Below are positions 43,100-56,616 of a stretch of 64,000 nt of DNA, one piece after another. Source of the stretch: Guillardia theta CCMP2712 (taxonomy: Eukaryota; Protista; Cryptophyta); contig NW_005434610.1 in assembly GCF_000315625.1 (NCBI RefSeq), positions 74,790 through 138,789 of the forward strand. The letters are read 5' to 3'. Under the pieces are notes generated by a model, which had not been told where the DNA came from, made no database searches, and worked only from the letters and a program-made list of their open reading frames with translations. The first letter of the stretch is position 1, and each line of letters opens with the position of its first letter. The translations under genes and the position numbers were made by a program.

Positions 43100-45300
43100 T
43101 GATCGTGACGATGAGCAGGAGACGCCAAGGAGAAGAGGCCGTCTGCGAGTGAAGTCCTTGAGAACGCTGGCATCTGAGGTCGAGAGCTGTCTTGGCTCAG
43201 CTTCGCCACAAGACTGTGAGGGTTTGAGGTGTCTAGGACGAGCTGGAAGGGAGGCAGAGGAGGGGAGGAGGGAGGCTATGGTGACGTTGCTAGAGAATCA
43301 AAGCGTCCCAGCCGGTCTCGTAGACCCTCTGCCCTCGTAGAAACATCCAAAGGGGAAAACTCCACGAGTGGAGCAGCAGATAGGTCAGCGCCAGCGTCAT
43401 CGTCGTCCTCCACTGTTGGAGCAGATCAGAACCCGAAACTCCTCCTCTGCCTCCCCCTCCTTCTCCGCCCTCGCTGCCTCCTCTCCTTCATACCTGATGC
43501 GTCACTTCCCGCCAGCCTTTGTGTTTGTATCCCACCACACGAAATGAATTGAGACCTGCGGCCTCATCATCATATCTTCCTCCCCTCCCTCCCTCCCTCC
43601 CTCCCTCCCTCCCTCCCTCCCTCCCTCCCTCCCTCCATCTTTCTCTCTCTCTCTCCCTCTCTCTCTCCCTCCCTCCCTGTTCCCCCTGCCTGCCCCTCTG
43701 TTCCTCTTGCTCTCCTTTTGCTTCACCTGCCCCCTTGCCATAAAAACTCTCTGCTGTAAACCTGAGGTAGCGAGCCTGGCAAACGCATCTGTCAGCAGAC
43801 AGGAGGATGGAGAGAGGTTTGATATGAGAACAGAGGAGAAAGAGGAAGGAGGGGAGGAGAGACGGGAGCAGGCGGGAGGGGGAGGCCAGCAAGGGAGGGG
43901 AAGGAGGAACCTTGCAGTGGAGTTCGAAGCATTCAGCTTGCAGTTGTCCCTTCCCGTGATCAACGTTCGAGAGTTCTCCTTTGACCTGCTGGAACCGTGA
44001 GAGGAGGTGGATGAGGACGAAAAAGGAGGAGGAGGGGAGGGGGGGGGGANNNNNNNNNNNNNNNNNNNNNNNNNNNNNNNNNNNNNNNNNNNNNNNNNNN
44101 NNNNNNNNNNNNNNNNNNNNNNNNNNNNNNNNNNNNNNNNNNNNNNNNNGAGGGGGGGGGAGGAGGAGGAGGATGCCGCGGGAGAAAAGGACTGCACACA
44201 GTCTCCACCCGTCTTTCCACATCTAAAGACTCTGCCCTAACCCCCTCCCCCATCCTCACCTTGCAAAACCACTCGATCATGTCGTTTGACACCTGAGGAA
44301 ATCTTCACAACCACAGGATCGCCCTCCTTCACCACCTCCAGCGAAAACTCCCTCGTCCCTCTGTTCCCTCCTCCCCCTCCTCCCGTGTTCCGGATAGCAA
44401 CGGCATAGACTGAGAGCAAGTCAGGAGCAGGAGGAGACAAGAAGAATCTCACTGTCTCTCTTGCTCCCGAGGTCGACAACGAACTCCCCTCCTTGACCGT
44501 CCGACAGCAGCCAACAGTGCCCCGGGCCATCACTGCCAGCATGGTAAGCAGAACGAACGACAGCGGGCGGGAGGATAACCTGCCGTCGTCGTCGAGCAAG
44601 TGACTCACGTGATCCTTACACTTGGATGGTTTCTGCACGAGGATCATGAGGAGCGAGGCGGGAGAGAGAAGCATCAAGGGTGGGGACAGGGAGGGTGGGA
44701 GAACGAACAAGAGCATCTGATCCACAAGACAAGACAAGACAAGACAAGACAAGACAAGACAAGACAAGACAAGTAGCCAGTTCAAGGAGCACAACAGACT
44801 TTCCTTCACATTCTGATGCTGAAAACTAACGAAAGCAAGCAATAAACACAGACAGAAAACAAAGTTTTTACATGCGCTGGAGGAGATTTCCGCCTGTATC
44901 CCCTTCCCATCCCAACCCGCTGCATGTACTCCGTGTATCCCCTGCGTCTCCCGGTCACCTTAGAGGAACAGCAGGAACGCAGCTCGCCAGGTCTTCCGAC
45001 TCATCACGTTGGTTGGAGTGTCTCGATGCCCGCTGAGCGTGCGATCCTGAAAGTCTTTCAACGGGGAAGACAGAAGACGATGCGGGAGGGAAAGAAGGAG
45101 GAGGAGGAGTGGAGGAGGAGGAGGAAGGAGGAGGAGGAGGGGGAAGGAAGGAGGAGGAGGAGGGGGAAGGAGGAGGAGGAGTGGAGGAGGAGGAAGGAGG
45201 AGGACTGGAGGAGGGGAAAGGAGAAGAATGAGGGGAGGAGAGTTTACCTGGGAGTGGATGGAGATGATCGGCAGTACCTGTCAGCGCATCGTCACTTGAA
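43100..45300 (-). CDS. Hypothetical multi-exon protein spanning a gap (boundaries uncertain)
   Basis: Coding-like exons REFSLEVVKEGDPVVVKISSG and VKGELSNVDHGKGQLQAECFELHCK between GT-AG introns. Confidence 0.3.
44050..44149. other. Assembly gap (~100 N)
   Basis: Run of N. Confidence 0.99.
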
Positions 45301-45419
45301 AGGGAAGGCTATGTTATGATTGCACCACATACGATCCCTTGAGGCTACGAGAGCTCCTCCCATGCGCCCTCGCCTGCTGCCATCAGGCTGTCAGAAACAC
45401 CTTGACCCTCTCACTTCCC

Positions 45420-45531
45420 TCTCCTCCTCCTCCTCCTCCTCCTCCTCCTCCTCCTCCTCCTCTTCCTCCTCCTCCTCCTCCTCCTCCTCCTCCTCCTCCT
45501 CCTCCTCCTCCTCCTCCTCCTCCTCCTCCTC
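45420..45531 (+). repeat. (CCT)n microsatellite
   Basis: Direct reading. Confidence 0.95.
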
Positions 45532-45567
45532 CTATCTCTACTCGTGTTACCCGCTTCTCCTGCTCCA

Positions 45568-46175
45568 TCAGAAACTTCTCGAACGCTTGGCTCTGCTGGC
45601 AAAGTCAGCCACCCTCCGGCAAGAGGAGCAAGGCACTGGGATCTGCATGGTGTTGGACAAGACTCTGAAGATCTCGATGATCGCCTGCAGCACAAGACGA
45701 ACAAACTTGTGGAGGAGGAGGAGAACTCTCGTGCTCCTGTACCGACTCTCAGCTCCCAACCGCGCATGGCTATCTTCACCTCGAGGGGTCATGGCGTCGA
45801 GGAGACGAGAAGTCTTGGAGAAGGTCGGACGGGACCTTCCTGTAGTGAGTGATCCCATACTCATCCATCTGCTCCATCCGTCAGATGAGCACAGTCCCAT
45901 CGCGCGCGTACGTAGAGGTCAGAATGTACGTAGGCGGCGGGGCTAATGCGTATGAACTGCTTCCTGTCCTCGTTGCTGGGTGACGGATTCTTCCCATCAA
46001 CAGCGAGACTTTCATGGCTGTGGTGAACGAGCTTTCGGAGCGCTCCAAGAGCGCTGACCAGCATAGAGGGCGAGGATCCGGCCTCGCTGGAGAGGAGGCG
46101 GGCAGGTGGGGAGACGAGCGAAGAGGCTTGGCTGCAGCAGAGGAGGAAGACAAGGAACAGGAAGGCAGGTCTCAT
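45568..46175 (-). CDS. Small hypothetical protein with a signal peptide
   Basis: MRPAFLFLVFLLCCSQASS leader; exon structure uncertain. Confidence 0.35.
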
Positions 46176-46558
46176 CGATACGATCTTGATATATCAAGAC
46201 TCTCCTCCTCTCCTCTCTCCTCCTCCTCCTCCCTTCCTTCCTCCTCAACCTCAAGCTCGATCTCCCGCTCCCTCCATCGCCATGGCCTCCGGTTTCCAGG
46301 TCCGCCCCAGTCCATGCGAGAGGACAGCAAGCTCGACCGGGCCTCAGTCAGTATCCCACGTTTAACTGCCCCACTCTGTGACGATCCGACTAGTCGAACT
46401 TTAGTAGGCTCTTGGAAGGCGGATCACTTTGTTGATGTTGATAACAATAATGACGTTAAGGGGTAGGCCGCAATCTCGCAGCACTCAGGGCAACGAGAAG
46501 GAGAGCTGGACGGGCAGCGTGTGAGGGAACGAGTGAGAAACTTCGACACTCGTTGCCT

Positions 46559-48419
46559 TCACTTGCACGCATGGTTCAGCAGCACCTGTACCAGCATCGC
46601 ATTGGTTGCTTTGCCATAGTGGATCGAGTCGACGCTGTCCTGCATCCTCATCGTCGTCATCCAGAACGTGTCAAAGATCCTCACGTTGGAGCTGGGGGAG
46701 AAAATCGACTTGGCTCGCTCATTGAAGAGCAGGACCAGGTCGTTGTTCTGCCATGCGTAGTCGGGCGGCTTCAAGTCCTCGTTTTGAGCCGAGGGGAGGA
46801 CGAAGACGATGGGAATAGTCCGAAGGTATCGATCCCCCTCAAAGATTACCCTCAGGGTATCGAACCACGAGCTGAACCCGGCTGAGCACAGACACTCCTC
46901 GGGGCACGCTGCATCAGTTCCTGCCACCCTCACCGCATTCAGCTCGTGGTTCCCCACCCCAAGCACGATGAGCGAGGGAGCCCCCGGACCGTCCAGCATG
47001 CGGTAGACCTCTCTGCGCAGCAGGAGGAGTGAGGGAACGGCCTAAGTTGACTCCAGAGACTCACTGGAGGAAGAGATTGCGATGAATGAAGCGCCACATC
47101 CCGTAGTAGAGGAGCCTCCCTCCCTCCCCGATATTGAAACTCGTCTTGATCTGCCGCAAAAACGTCCATCCCTGTCACTGGAGAGCCGGAATTCTTACCT
47201 TCCCCTCGCAGAAGAGATGATTCCTGCCACCAGATCAGCGTGACTTCGCCCCGAGGCGCTCTCAGGCGCACATGTATCTGAGTTTCCTCGAGCATTTCGT
47301 CCTGATCTCTTCGATCTCCTGCCCAACAAGTCAAGCCCAAGACCATCCAGGGTCGCAAGGCTGCATCAGGGTACCTCGGGCGAGTATGCTTCGTCCTCCA
47401 GCGTCAGCAGGTCTCCATCTCTGCCGCGAGATCAGCCCACCCGCCTCCTTCCTCGACATCGGGTACCTCGCATGCTCTATGATGCTCGAGTTACGACTGG
47501 GTGAGGGCAGTCACGTGCTCTCCTTGAGCGAGGGGAGGGAGAAGGACCTGTCGTCCTCGAGGCAGGTACTTGCAAGGCTAACGAACAGGTGGCGGACCAA
47601 CGAGTCTCCCTGGCCTTGGGGATGAGGAGCAGACCCATGTGCAAGCAGCAGGTTCAACCGCAAAGAGCACGGTCTTGTGCCGGAAGCATGACAGAACCTC
47701 CTCCTGCACTCTATAGCTCAGTGGGCCTCGCAGACCGGCACAGCGACAGGGTCGACCTTGCGATATCGAGAAAGCTTGCAGTCATTCGGGAAGTACCAAT
47801 CGTTCTTCCAGCGTCTTCAGGACAGTGAGCGAGAGCTGGACGATCAGCACAAGCTCATCGCTCACCCGCCATCCTCCCTCGATGCCGCCGCGATAGGATC
47901 CTACGGCACCCGATCACCGTGAGCGGGATATGCAGTGAATCCTTCGCTCGCACATGTACAGACAAACAAGGCAACACAAGATGTTGTCATCCAGTCTACC
48001 TGGCATGTCGTCAAACCCTCCCTGTCGTCTGAAACAAACTTGTCCGTCGATTTCGCTCCACCGCTCGGATCCGGAATAACCAAAAACATTACCTCGCTCG
48101 ACTCGAACGTCGTCCCCGAACTTCCAGGCAAGATGGTGCGCAAGCTCAGCACCTTACTTCCAGCACTGACAGGATAAAGTAGCACCGAGGATCGCTCCCC
48201 TGGTTGCATGTCGGAGCTGAGGACAAGGTCCCCATCCAGGTAAAGTGCGGTCTTGCACGCTGTAGAAGCTGAGAACACAACAGAGACGTTGCTACCCTCC
48301 AGGAAGGTGGAACCATTCACAGGCTCCAGGAAAGACACGGTCTGCCCCCTTGCTGCAGCTAGCAGCAGCAGCAGCGGCAGCAGCGCCTTCCCCCTCCCCC
48401 CCTCCCTCCCTGTCACCAT
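46559..48419 (-). CDS. Secreted SGNH/PC-esterase-like (GDS...DxxH) protein, multi-exon
   Basis: Signal peptide LLPLLLLLAAARG; GDSLVRHLF motif near 47610; C-terminal GNHE..FDTFWMT..DSVDSIHY. Confidence 0.65.
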
Positions 48420-49366
48420 TTTATCATCCCCGATTCACAAACCCCATGACCCCCCCACCCCCCAGTATCTCAGACTTTTGTACCCCTTCATCATGGATTG
48501 CTTCAGCACGTGTACCCCTGCTTTCTACTGCATTATTACCCCTCCTATTCGATAGTGGATGAGGGTGAAAATGTGATCGGTATGAGGGGCCCATTGAGTC
48601 TGCAATGTCAGTGCGGGGATGAGGTTTCATCAGTCTGCGGAGGGATGAGGCTGTAAATCAATTTTTTTTTCGTCCCCCGATTTCATGAAGCACCCTACCC
48701 CATGATATTGTCATTTTAGGCCACATATTGTTTAAATAAGTAGTATATTGATTATTTGAGCCAAGTTTGTTGTGTTTAGCCTCATTTATGCTTATTTTAG
48801 CTACATATTCTACACCACCCTTTGTACAATTCAACATAAAACTGCTTTTTAAAAATGTTATTTGTTTTATTTTTAGTTGTATTGGTACCTTAATTTTGTA
48901 CTGACAGAGTAATTATAAAACTTCCATTTTATATTGAGTCTTTACTTCAGTGGTTCCTTGCAAGGGAATTCTTCCGTGGGATCTATAAAATTTGCTTAAA
49001 TTTGATAAAAATAGTGCTCAAATACATAAATATTTGAAATTATTGAACACATTTTCAAGATTAAATCCAGACTCTACCAAATGATCCCACCCCATCGAGA
49101 GTTCTCTTGGGAACACTGGCAAAACTTGGGGGTGCCTAATTTTGAGTAGGGGTGATGATGGTTCAAGTGGTTGGGAAATGTGAAATTGGGTAGGGTACAT
49201 CATGGGTCGTAATGGTACAGATTGATGTCAAAGTGTGGGTTCTTTGAGCAGGGGTAGTCAATGAAACGGGTGGGGTCCTGTTGAGGCAGGGTTTCAGAGC
49301 AGGGGTAGAAATTTGGGGGTTGGGCTTCATCGATGCATCAATAGCAGATTTGGTTGACGTGTGAAA

Positions 49367-49480
49367 GAGAAGAAGAAGAAGAAGAAGAAGAAGAAGAAGA
49401 ACAAGAAGAACAAGAAGAACAAGAAGAAGAAGAACCAGAAGAACAAGAAGAACCAGAAGAACAAGAAGAACCAGAAGAAC
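49367..49480 (+). repeat. (GAA)n and (GAACAAGAA)-type repeat
   Basis: Direct reading. Confidence 0.9.
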
Positions 49481-49766
49481 ACGAGAAGAAGTGCTTTAAT
49501 ATCAAGCAGCGTTCCTTGCAGCAAATCCTACTGGCGAATTGGCATTCTTGGCCGTTATCCAATCTGGGGTGAAGACCAGCGTCATGTTCTGACTCCAGAG
49601 TGTAATGTGGCGATTTGGATCAAGTGCTCGTACACAAAACGCTATCAGATAGTTGAATCTAGTTGGAGAGATTTTAGTCTTCCGGCAGAGTATGGTTGTG
49701 TCATGGAGGGACTTCCCGTTTCTCATTTGTGCATTGTATAGTATTCTACCTTCCACATGGGGTTTC

Positions 49767-50495
49767 ATGCCTGGTCTGCGAGGTGATATGGTCACAGTGA
49801 TGAGGAGGTTCCAGCCGGACGCTTGCAAGATCAACATAAAGCCTAGAATGTTCTCTGAGGGCTCGTCACCGAGAGACGGCGCGGGTTCCCTCGTCCGCCT
49901 GAAGAAGGACGAGTTTGATCTGAAGCGTCTGAAGAAGGACGAGTTTGATCTGAAGCGTCTGAAGAAGGACGAGTTTGATCTGAAGCGTCTGAAGAAGGCT
50001 GAAGGAAAGGAAGAATGTAGTGCACTGCTCGAGGTGAACAGCAAGGAGCACAGTCGCTCGCATGCTCAGGGAGAGGAGACGCCTCTGAGCAAGAGGGAGC
50101 GCGTGACCTTGAAACTCATCCGACGGGACCTGACCAGGCTGGGGCTGATGTTCACGAGGGCAAAGAAGGTGGAGGAGAAGGTTGAGGCGAAGGTGGGCAA
50201 GCAGAACACGGAGGGTCTGGTCGAGGAGATCAACAACTACATCTGGGAGCAGGCGGTCGATCTTCTGGACAAGCCCATTGCACACTCGGCAGTGAAGCTT
50301 TTCCATCAGAGTCTTACAATGCTGGAGAAGCTTCAGGCCCCCATGTACAGCCTGGCGAACAGGATTTCACATTTGAAGCAGTTCTCCTACTTGATGAATC
50401 AACCGAAACTTGTGACCATCGGGATCGACAAGCTCCACCACTTCTTGCTGGATGGATCGCTCTTGAACGTCTTGACGCACCTCTTCCATAGATAG
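49767..50495 (+). CDS. Hypothetical protein with 30-bp repeats (LKKDEFDLKR x3); start uncertain
   Basis: Long ORF 49653-50495 with coding-like composition. Confidence 0.5.
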   Translation: MPGLRGDMVTVMRRFQPDACKINIKPRMFSEGSSPRDGAGSLVRLKKDEFDLKRLKKDEFDLKRLKKDEFDLKRLKKAEGKEECSALLEVNSKEHSRSHAQGEETPLSKRERVTLKLIRRDLTRLGLMFTRAKKVEEKVEAKVGKQNTEGLVEEINNYIWEQAVDLLDKPIAHSAVKLFHQSLTMLEKLQAPMYSLANRISHLKQFSYLMNQPKLVTIGIDKLHHFLLDGSLLNVLTHLFHR

Positions 50496-50624
50496 CACGT
50501 TCCTGTTGTGTAACATGTCGACTATGTCAAATCAGCTCTGTTTGTACTCTGTCTTACAGTCATCTACTATTTGTACATATCAACACCTCTAGTTTACACT
50601 GATACCCATCCCCGCCCCTGTCTT

Positions 50625-53512
50625 CTATCGCTGCACTTCCACCGCCCTCGCATCTTGTCGGGAGGGCCTACAAACTCCCCCGGCAAACTGAACGTCCTTG
50701 GCTCGATGGGGAGGCGAGACTGACAGGAACACCAGCTGTCCCTCCTCGCACGAAGCCTCCACAACAGTGTTCCTTCTCGCATGCAGTCTGAAGTGAACGC
50801 TCCACCCCCGCGGCCATGTCGGGAAGAGAAGTATCTTGTCTCCTGCAAACTAGGAGCGGGAGGGTGAGTTCAAGATTGATTAGGAAGAACGTTGGCGATA
50901 GAGACCGAGGGCGTGCATAGGAAGGAAGGCAGAGGAAGGGGGAAGAGGAAGAACTGAGTAGGAAGAAGTGAAGGAGAGGAGGGCAGTCGCAGCTGAGGAG
51001 AGCACGCAAGTACCTGGATAAGCATCCGCTGCAAGGCGAGCTTGGCAACGACCCCATGGTCAACCTCGGGGGTAAAGTCAAAGTGCTGGAGCCAGAAGCC
51101 GGGGAAGCGCAAGGAGGGAGCTCGGGCCCTGTCGACTAGCATAGCGGCAGACTCGTTGACGAGTCCGAGGAGGGCGGCCTGGACTATGTCCTGACACCAG
51201 CCGACGTTGCATGCGACCTTCCTGTGGCGGTAGGAGGAGGAGGCGACCTCTAGCGAGATGTTCTGCCATGTTGGTTGAGACCTCCCGAAGACGGGGAAGG
51301 GGAAGATGCCGTACAGCTCTGGGTTCTCGATGTTCTCCCGCCTGTCCCTCCAGACCTCCGCCGGGAGGATGCGCTCCGAGCCGTCGGGGGCAGCAGCTTC
51401 GCCTCCCTCCCGCAGGCACGCGAGGGTATCCTCCTTCAGTATCTGAGCTGATCGCGTGCATTGCCTGCTGCTTCCTAGCAGGCCCGTCGGGATCCTGGGG
51501 ATTTTAGAGGAGAAAGCTTGCAAGGTAGCACGAACACTGGCTGGGAGGAATGAGGGAGGGAGGGACAACAGCTCCTGCACCACGTGCACAAGGCCGGCAA
51601 CATCGGGGAGCGGATTGATCGCCTCCTGCAGCGTCTCCAAGCACTGGGAGGGAGCAAGCACAAGCTTCCCCTCCCGATCGACCTGGAAGTGCTGCAGGTA
51701 AAAGGTCATCACTCCCTCCAACAGGGGGAGGAGGAGGCGTTCCAAGAAATCCCCAGCTGCCCTTGACGGGATGTCAAAGTATCGCATCCTCTCCAGCTGC
51801 ATCGCCAGCAGCTCCACAGCCTGGGAGGTGGAGTGACGGACGTACGGGTTGCTCACGGCCCAGACGGGCTTGTCCCCCCGATCGCACCCGTACGTCTCTC
51901 CTGCATACCCTCCCCAGAACATCATCACCTCTGGGACGCGCACGCCACCATGCTGGAACCACCGCATGCTGCGAGCCTCGTGCAGCTTCAGGGACTTGTT
52001 GTACATGTTGAAGAACGGGTCCATGAGCGCAAAGTCTCCACTCTCCATCATGCTCCAGTAGATGAGCCGCGTGTTCTGAAACCAGAAGCCTCCTCCCCCC
52101 CACTCCCTGTAGTCCTCATCATAGCGATCGCTCCCTACGGTGAAAAGTCCTCCGTTGAACTTGATCGGGAACTCCCCTCGTCCTCCCGCCGCTATCATGA
52201 ACCGCTCGAGAGCGAAAGCTCTGCTGACCAAAAACGCGTCATCGTTTGTTGCCTCCTTCTCTTGACCATCTTGACGGATGTCGATGAGCGACTTGCTCCA
52301 GAACTTCTCCCACCATCTCCTGTGATCGGCCATGGCAACTTCTCTCTGCCTCACCTTCGTGAGCTCGTCCAGCCACTGGTGGATCTCCGCGGCCCTCATG
52401 GTGACGGCTGAAACCACCAGCCGGTGCTCGTGGGCTGCCTCAACACTTTCCAGCACATGCGCTGTAGCCAAGTTCAGACCAACAGCAGGAGGAAAGAGAC
52501 CAGGAGAGGTAAGAAGGAAGAGACGATGAGTGGTGAGGAGCAGCGAAGGGAGGAGAGAGGAGAGGAGAGGAGAGAAGGGGTGGAAAGGGGAGCGGAGCGG
52601 AGGGAAGAGAGGAGAGGAGAGATGGGAACACTGAAGGGGATCAAGGAAAGACGCATCAAAGTACCGCTCTTCTTCACCATCGGCCTGTACTCTGACCCAT
52701 CAACGGTCCTCCCTTCAACGCTGCCGCCCGACGTGAGGAATCTCAAGGGATCCTCTCCTCCCCCGATTCCTTCGAGCGCTAGGCTGTGCTCGTAGCAGGT
52801 CTCGTTCCCATTCCGATGGTACCAGACAATGGCATTCGGATCTTCATACATAGAGTCCGGTCGGACAAGGTTCTCTCGGCAGTTACACCCGTACGCCCCT
52901 CCCTCCTCTCCCCGTCGGAACTTGCGACTCTCGTTCCTCCAGATCCGCAACGACGCTCGCACGTTGGTCTCGACAAGGTGCGACCTGACAGAGACTCGGA
53001 GCTTGTTGGTGTCTGCATGCACCCATAACTGTATCCTGACATCCTTGGTGGTGATAGAAATCGTGGCATTGGCGAGGTGCAAAGTCTGCTCAAACAGAAC
53101 ATCTCCTTTGTCCTGCTGTCTTGGATACACAGAGATTCTCAGCTCGCCCAACTTCAACAGCCTTGCTTCCTCGCTCCACGAGTCTGACTTGGCAAGAAGC
53201 ACGACGACGTCCCCTGTTGCCGCCTCAGTCCAGACATTTGCTGCCAGATCCCCGTTGCCTAGCTGGAAGAGACCACGATCAGCTCTTTATGGTAGAGAGA
53301 CGACAGAGCAAGTTCACCGGCATCGAGTCTTTGGATGAATTGGAGGGACTTCGCCAGGAAATGTCGTAGCGTCCATTCAAGACATCATTACCTTGCTTCG
53401 ATGGTGCTCCAACACACACAGCACAAGGATGGATGAATGTCAGAACGACGACAACAAGAGAGCATGTCAAAATCCATAGGCGATGTGATGCCCGTCTGAA
53501 AGCTTGATTCAT
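50625..53512 (-). CDS. Secreted DUF5703 / GH95-like glycoside hydrolase, multi-exon
   Basis: Signal peptide; YDISWRSPS..SMP|LGNGDLAANVW..KSDSWSE..LLKLG; PIKFNGGLF..DYREWGGG.FWFQNTRLIYW; ENPELYGIFP; GWCQD; ILLFPTWP. Confidence 0.85.
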
Positions 53513-53913
53513 GCTCAAATCGGGTTTGTGTTGATTATTTCACTTGAATATCCACGGCGTGTCCATGTCTCATTTCTTCATCTTCTCTCCTCTCTCCTCT
53601 CTCCTCTCTCCTCCGCTCACCTTCTGTCCTCGTGCTGTCTTCCTCCCTCCCTCCCTCCCTCCCTCCCTCCCTCCCTCCCTCCCTCCCTCCCTCCCTCCCT
53701 CCCGCTGACTTCAACTCGCGCTTCACTATGTCGCACTTTCCAGCATCTGAATTGGATTTTCCTAGATTGGTCTGTGGGTAGGGTAGTTGATTGGATAAAG
53801 GGGGTATTTTCAATAGAGAAATAGGGGTACATAGTGGGTCATTTCCAAGAGACTTAATAAAGACAGGGGTGGGGTAGTCAGTATGATTTTTTTCGTACAC
53901 TGAGCTCTCAAGA

Positions 53914-56581
53914 ATGGAAGAATGGCAGTCAGCGGTTGATCCGAAGACCGGTGAGAGGAGGAGAGGAGGAGAGGAGAGGGAGAGGAGGAGAGGGAGAGGA
54001 GGAGAGTAAGATTGGGAGGAAGTGGAAGCAGAGAGGAGGAGACCTTGTGAAGGAAAGAGTAACTCGAGTGTCGAGAGAAGCTGTTGTGAAAGTTTCGAAT
54101 ACGATTGAATTCCAACAGAAGAAAACAAAGATGGATCGAGAGGAGGGATCTAAATCGAGCAGAGCAAAGAAGAGCCTTCCTATGAGGAGAGGAGGTGGGA
54201 ACAGAGTCAGGCAGGACCTGGGTTGGAGAGGAAACCTAGGAAAAGAAGAATGGAAGCGCGCCATAGAGTGGGCGGGACGGGGGGCGGGAATGATTGAGTG
54301 AGCAGGAAGGACGTACTACATCAATCACAGGACAAGACAGACATCATGGTATCCTCCCTCAGCCATGGTGACACAGAGTCTCTGCTGTGCATCAGTGCGT
54401 GACTGTGAAAATCGGCAGCCTCAGCAAACTGTTTCAAATTCTGCTCCTCTAGATCCGGTCCCCCGCCCCTCCCTCCTTCTTCCCTCTCCTCCCTCTCCCC
54501 TCACCACGATCTCCTCCCCACTCCGCGCTCAACTCCTTCCCCCCTGCTTCCCACATCCTTTCCCCTCTCCTCCTTTGCTCATGTTGAGTTCCTACCAGCG
54601 GTATGATTGCCTTCCTGAGGGGTGGGAGCGTCGGGTCGACCCAGCATCGGGGAGGAATTACTACGTCGATCATCGCACGAAGACCTCTCACTGGTCCATC
54701 CCCTCCTACCTCCTAACGCGCACGTCTGCCTCCTCCCAACCACCAGGTACAATACCCTCTTCCTTCTCTCCTCTCCCTTCCCCCCTGTTTCCCTCCTGGA
54801 TCCACCTTCTTCCCTCCTTCACCTTCCTCCCATCCTCCTTCTCCCTCCCTTCCTCCTTCTCCCTCCCCTCCTCCTTCTGCCTCCCCTCCTCCTCATCCTT
54901 CCCCCCCCTCCCTTCTCTCTTCCGCTGCCCCTTCCTCTCCTCTCTTCTCCTTCCTTTCTCCTTCTCCTCTCCTCCCTTCCCATCCCCCATCTCGTCTCCA
55001 TCCCCCTCCTCCATCATACGTCTGTGTGCCAACGTGCACATGCTCTTCAGCTACCAGCACGCTTTCTCGTGCCCCAAGCTACATGCGGCCAGCTCAGACT
55101 GGTGCGGCGGGAGCAGGGGATGTGCAGCCCTCAGCGCCTCCTCTTGAGGAAGAGGTGAGGAGAGAGGAAGAGAGGAAGAGGAGAGGAGATAGGGGGAGGG
55201 GAGGAAAGAGGAGGAGGCGAGGAGGAGAGGAGGGAGAAAGAGGAGAGAAGAAGAGAGGAGGGTTGGAGGTTGGTGCGATGCTGACAGTGCTTATCCAGCT
55301 CCAAAGCTCTTCTATCGCTCAGTCACGGATTGACATGCGCAGAATGTACAGCTTGAAGAATTTCTGCCCGGCAAACACTCCAGCTGCTCAACAGCTCGCA
55401 CTTAAGGTTGGGAAAGCACGATGATGATGATTATGATGATGATGATATTGTTGTTGTTGATGATGATGATTATGAAGATGACATTTGTTGTGCAGTTTGC
55501 AGAGTGCGTTGTTTGTTTCGACGATATGCACAAGGAGGCTTGCTCTGTCTTCTTGAAGAACAGCAAGAGGATCTGCCCCCATTTCTTGCACTACAGGTCG
55601 GAACTTCACATCCCTGCCTCGGTGGCGATATTGACAAGCATTTGTCAGGTGTGCTTGCGACGTTATGAACTCTAGCAGGTGTGCGTTAGATTTCTTTCTC
55701 CTTCCGAACCACCGAGAACGGCACAGGGGAGGGAAGCATTGCCCTGTCTGCAGACGCTCCTTCGATAGTGTTCGGCAGGTTGCACTCCGATCTCTTGTTC
55801 GTTGCTTCTCTCGCCGTTCAGTCCGACCCTCTCTCCTCCTCCTCCTCCTCCTCCTCCTCCTTTTCCTTCTCTCTGACGGTGCCCCACTGGCAGGTTCCAA
55901 GCATCGACGAGGACCCTGAGGGATGGTTCGAGGCTGTGGACCTCTCAGGTACAATCCTCCCCCTCAAACACTGCCTCCTCCTCCTGCCACCCCACAACCC
56001 CCCACTACCCGCCCCCATCTCCTCTTCCTCCTTCTCCTCGTCGTCATCATCTTCTGTTGTCCCCCCTTCCGCGAATCTTGTGCGTAAAGTAAGAGCAGGG
56101 GAGGGAACTCTCAATCAACGCGAAGTGCTCGAGGTAGAGGAGGATGAAATGTTTACACCCGTCTCTGACATCTCCTTCCTTCAATCCCCCTTTCCCCCGC
56201 CCTCCTCCCTCCCAACTCTCTCGCTCTCTCTCCTCCTTTCTCCATCTCTCTTCCTCCCCTTGCAGGTCCTCAAGGCTCAGCTACCCCTTGATGCGCAACG
56301 TCTGGAAGAGGTCGAGACCCTGTGGAAGAAGAGGAGGAATGAAGGGGAGGAAGAAGGAGGAGGAGGGAGGAGGAGGAAGGGGTGGAAGGAGGAGGAGGAG
56401 GGGGGGCGTAGTGGGGGGAGGAGGTGGAGTGAGAGGAAAGGTCAGGGTCTGCCGGAGCTCTGGAGGAACTGGGATCGTGCANNNNNNNNNNNNNNNNNNN
56501 NNNNNNNNNNNNNNNNNNNNNNNNNNNNNNNNNNNNNNNNNNNNNNNNNNNNNNNNNNNNNNNNNNNNNNNNNNNNNNNNN

Positions 56582-56616
<35 letters not shown>

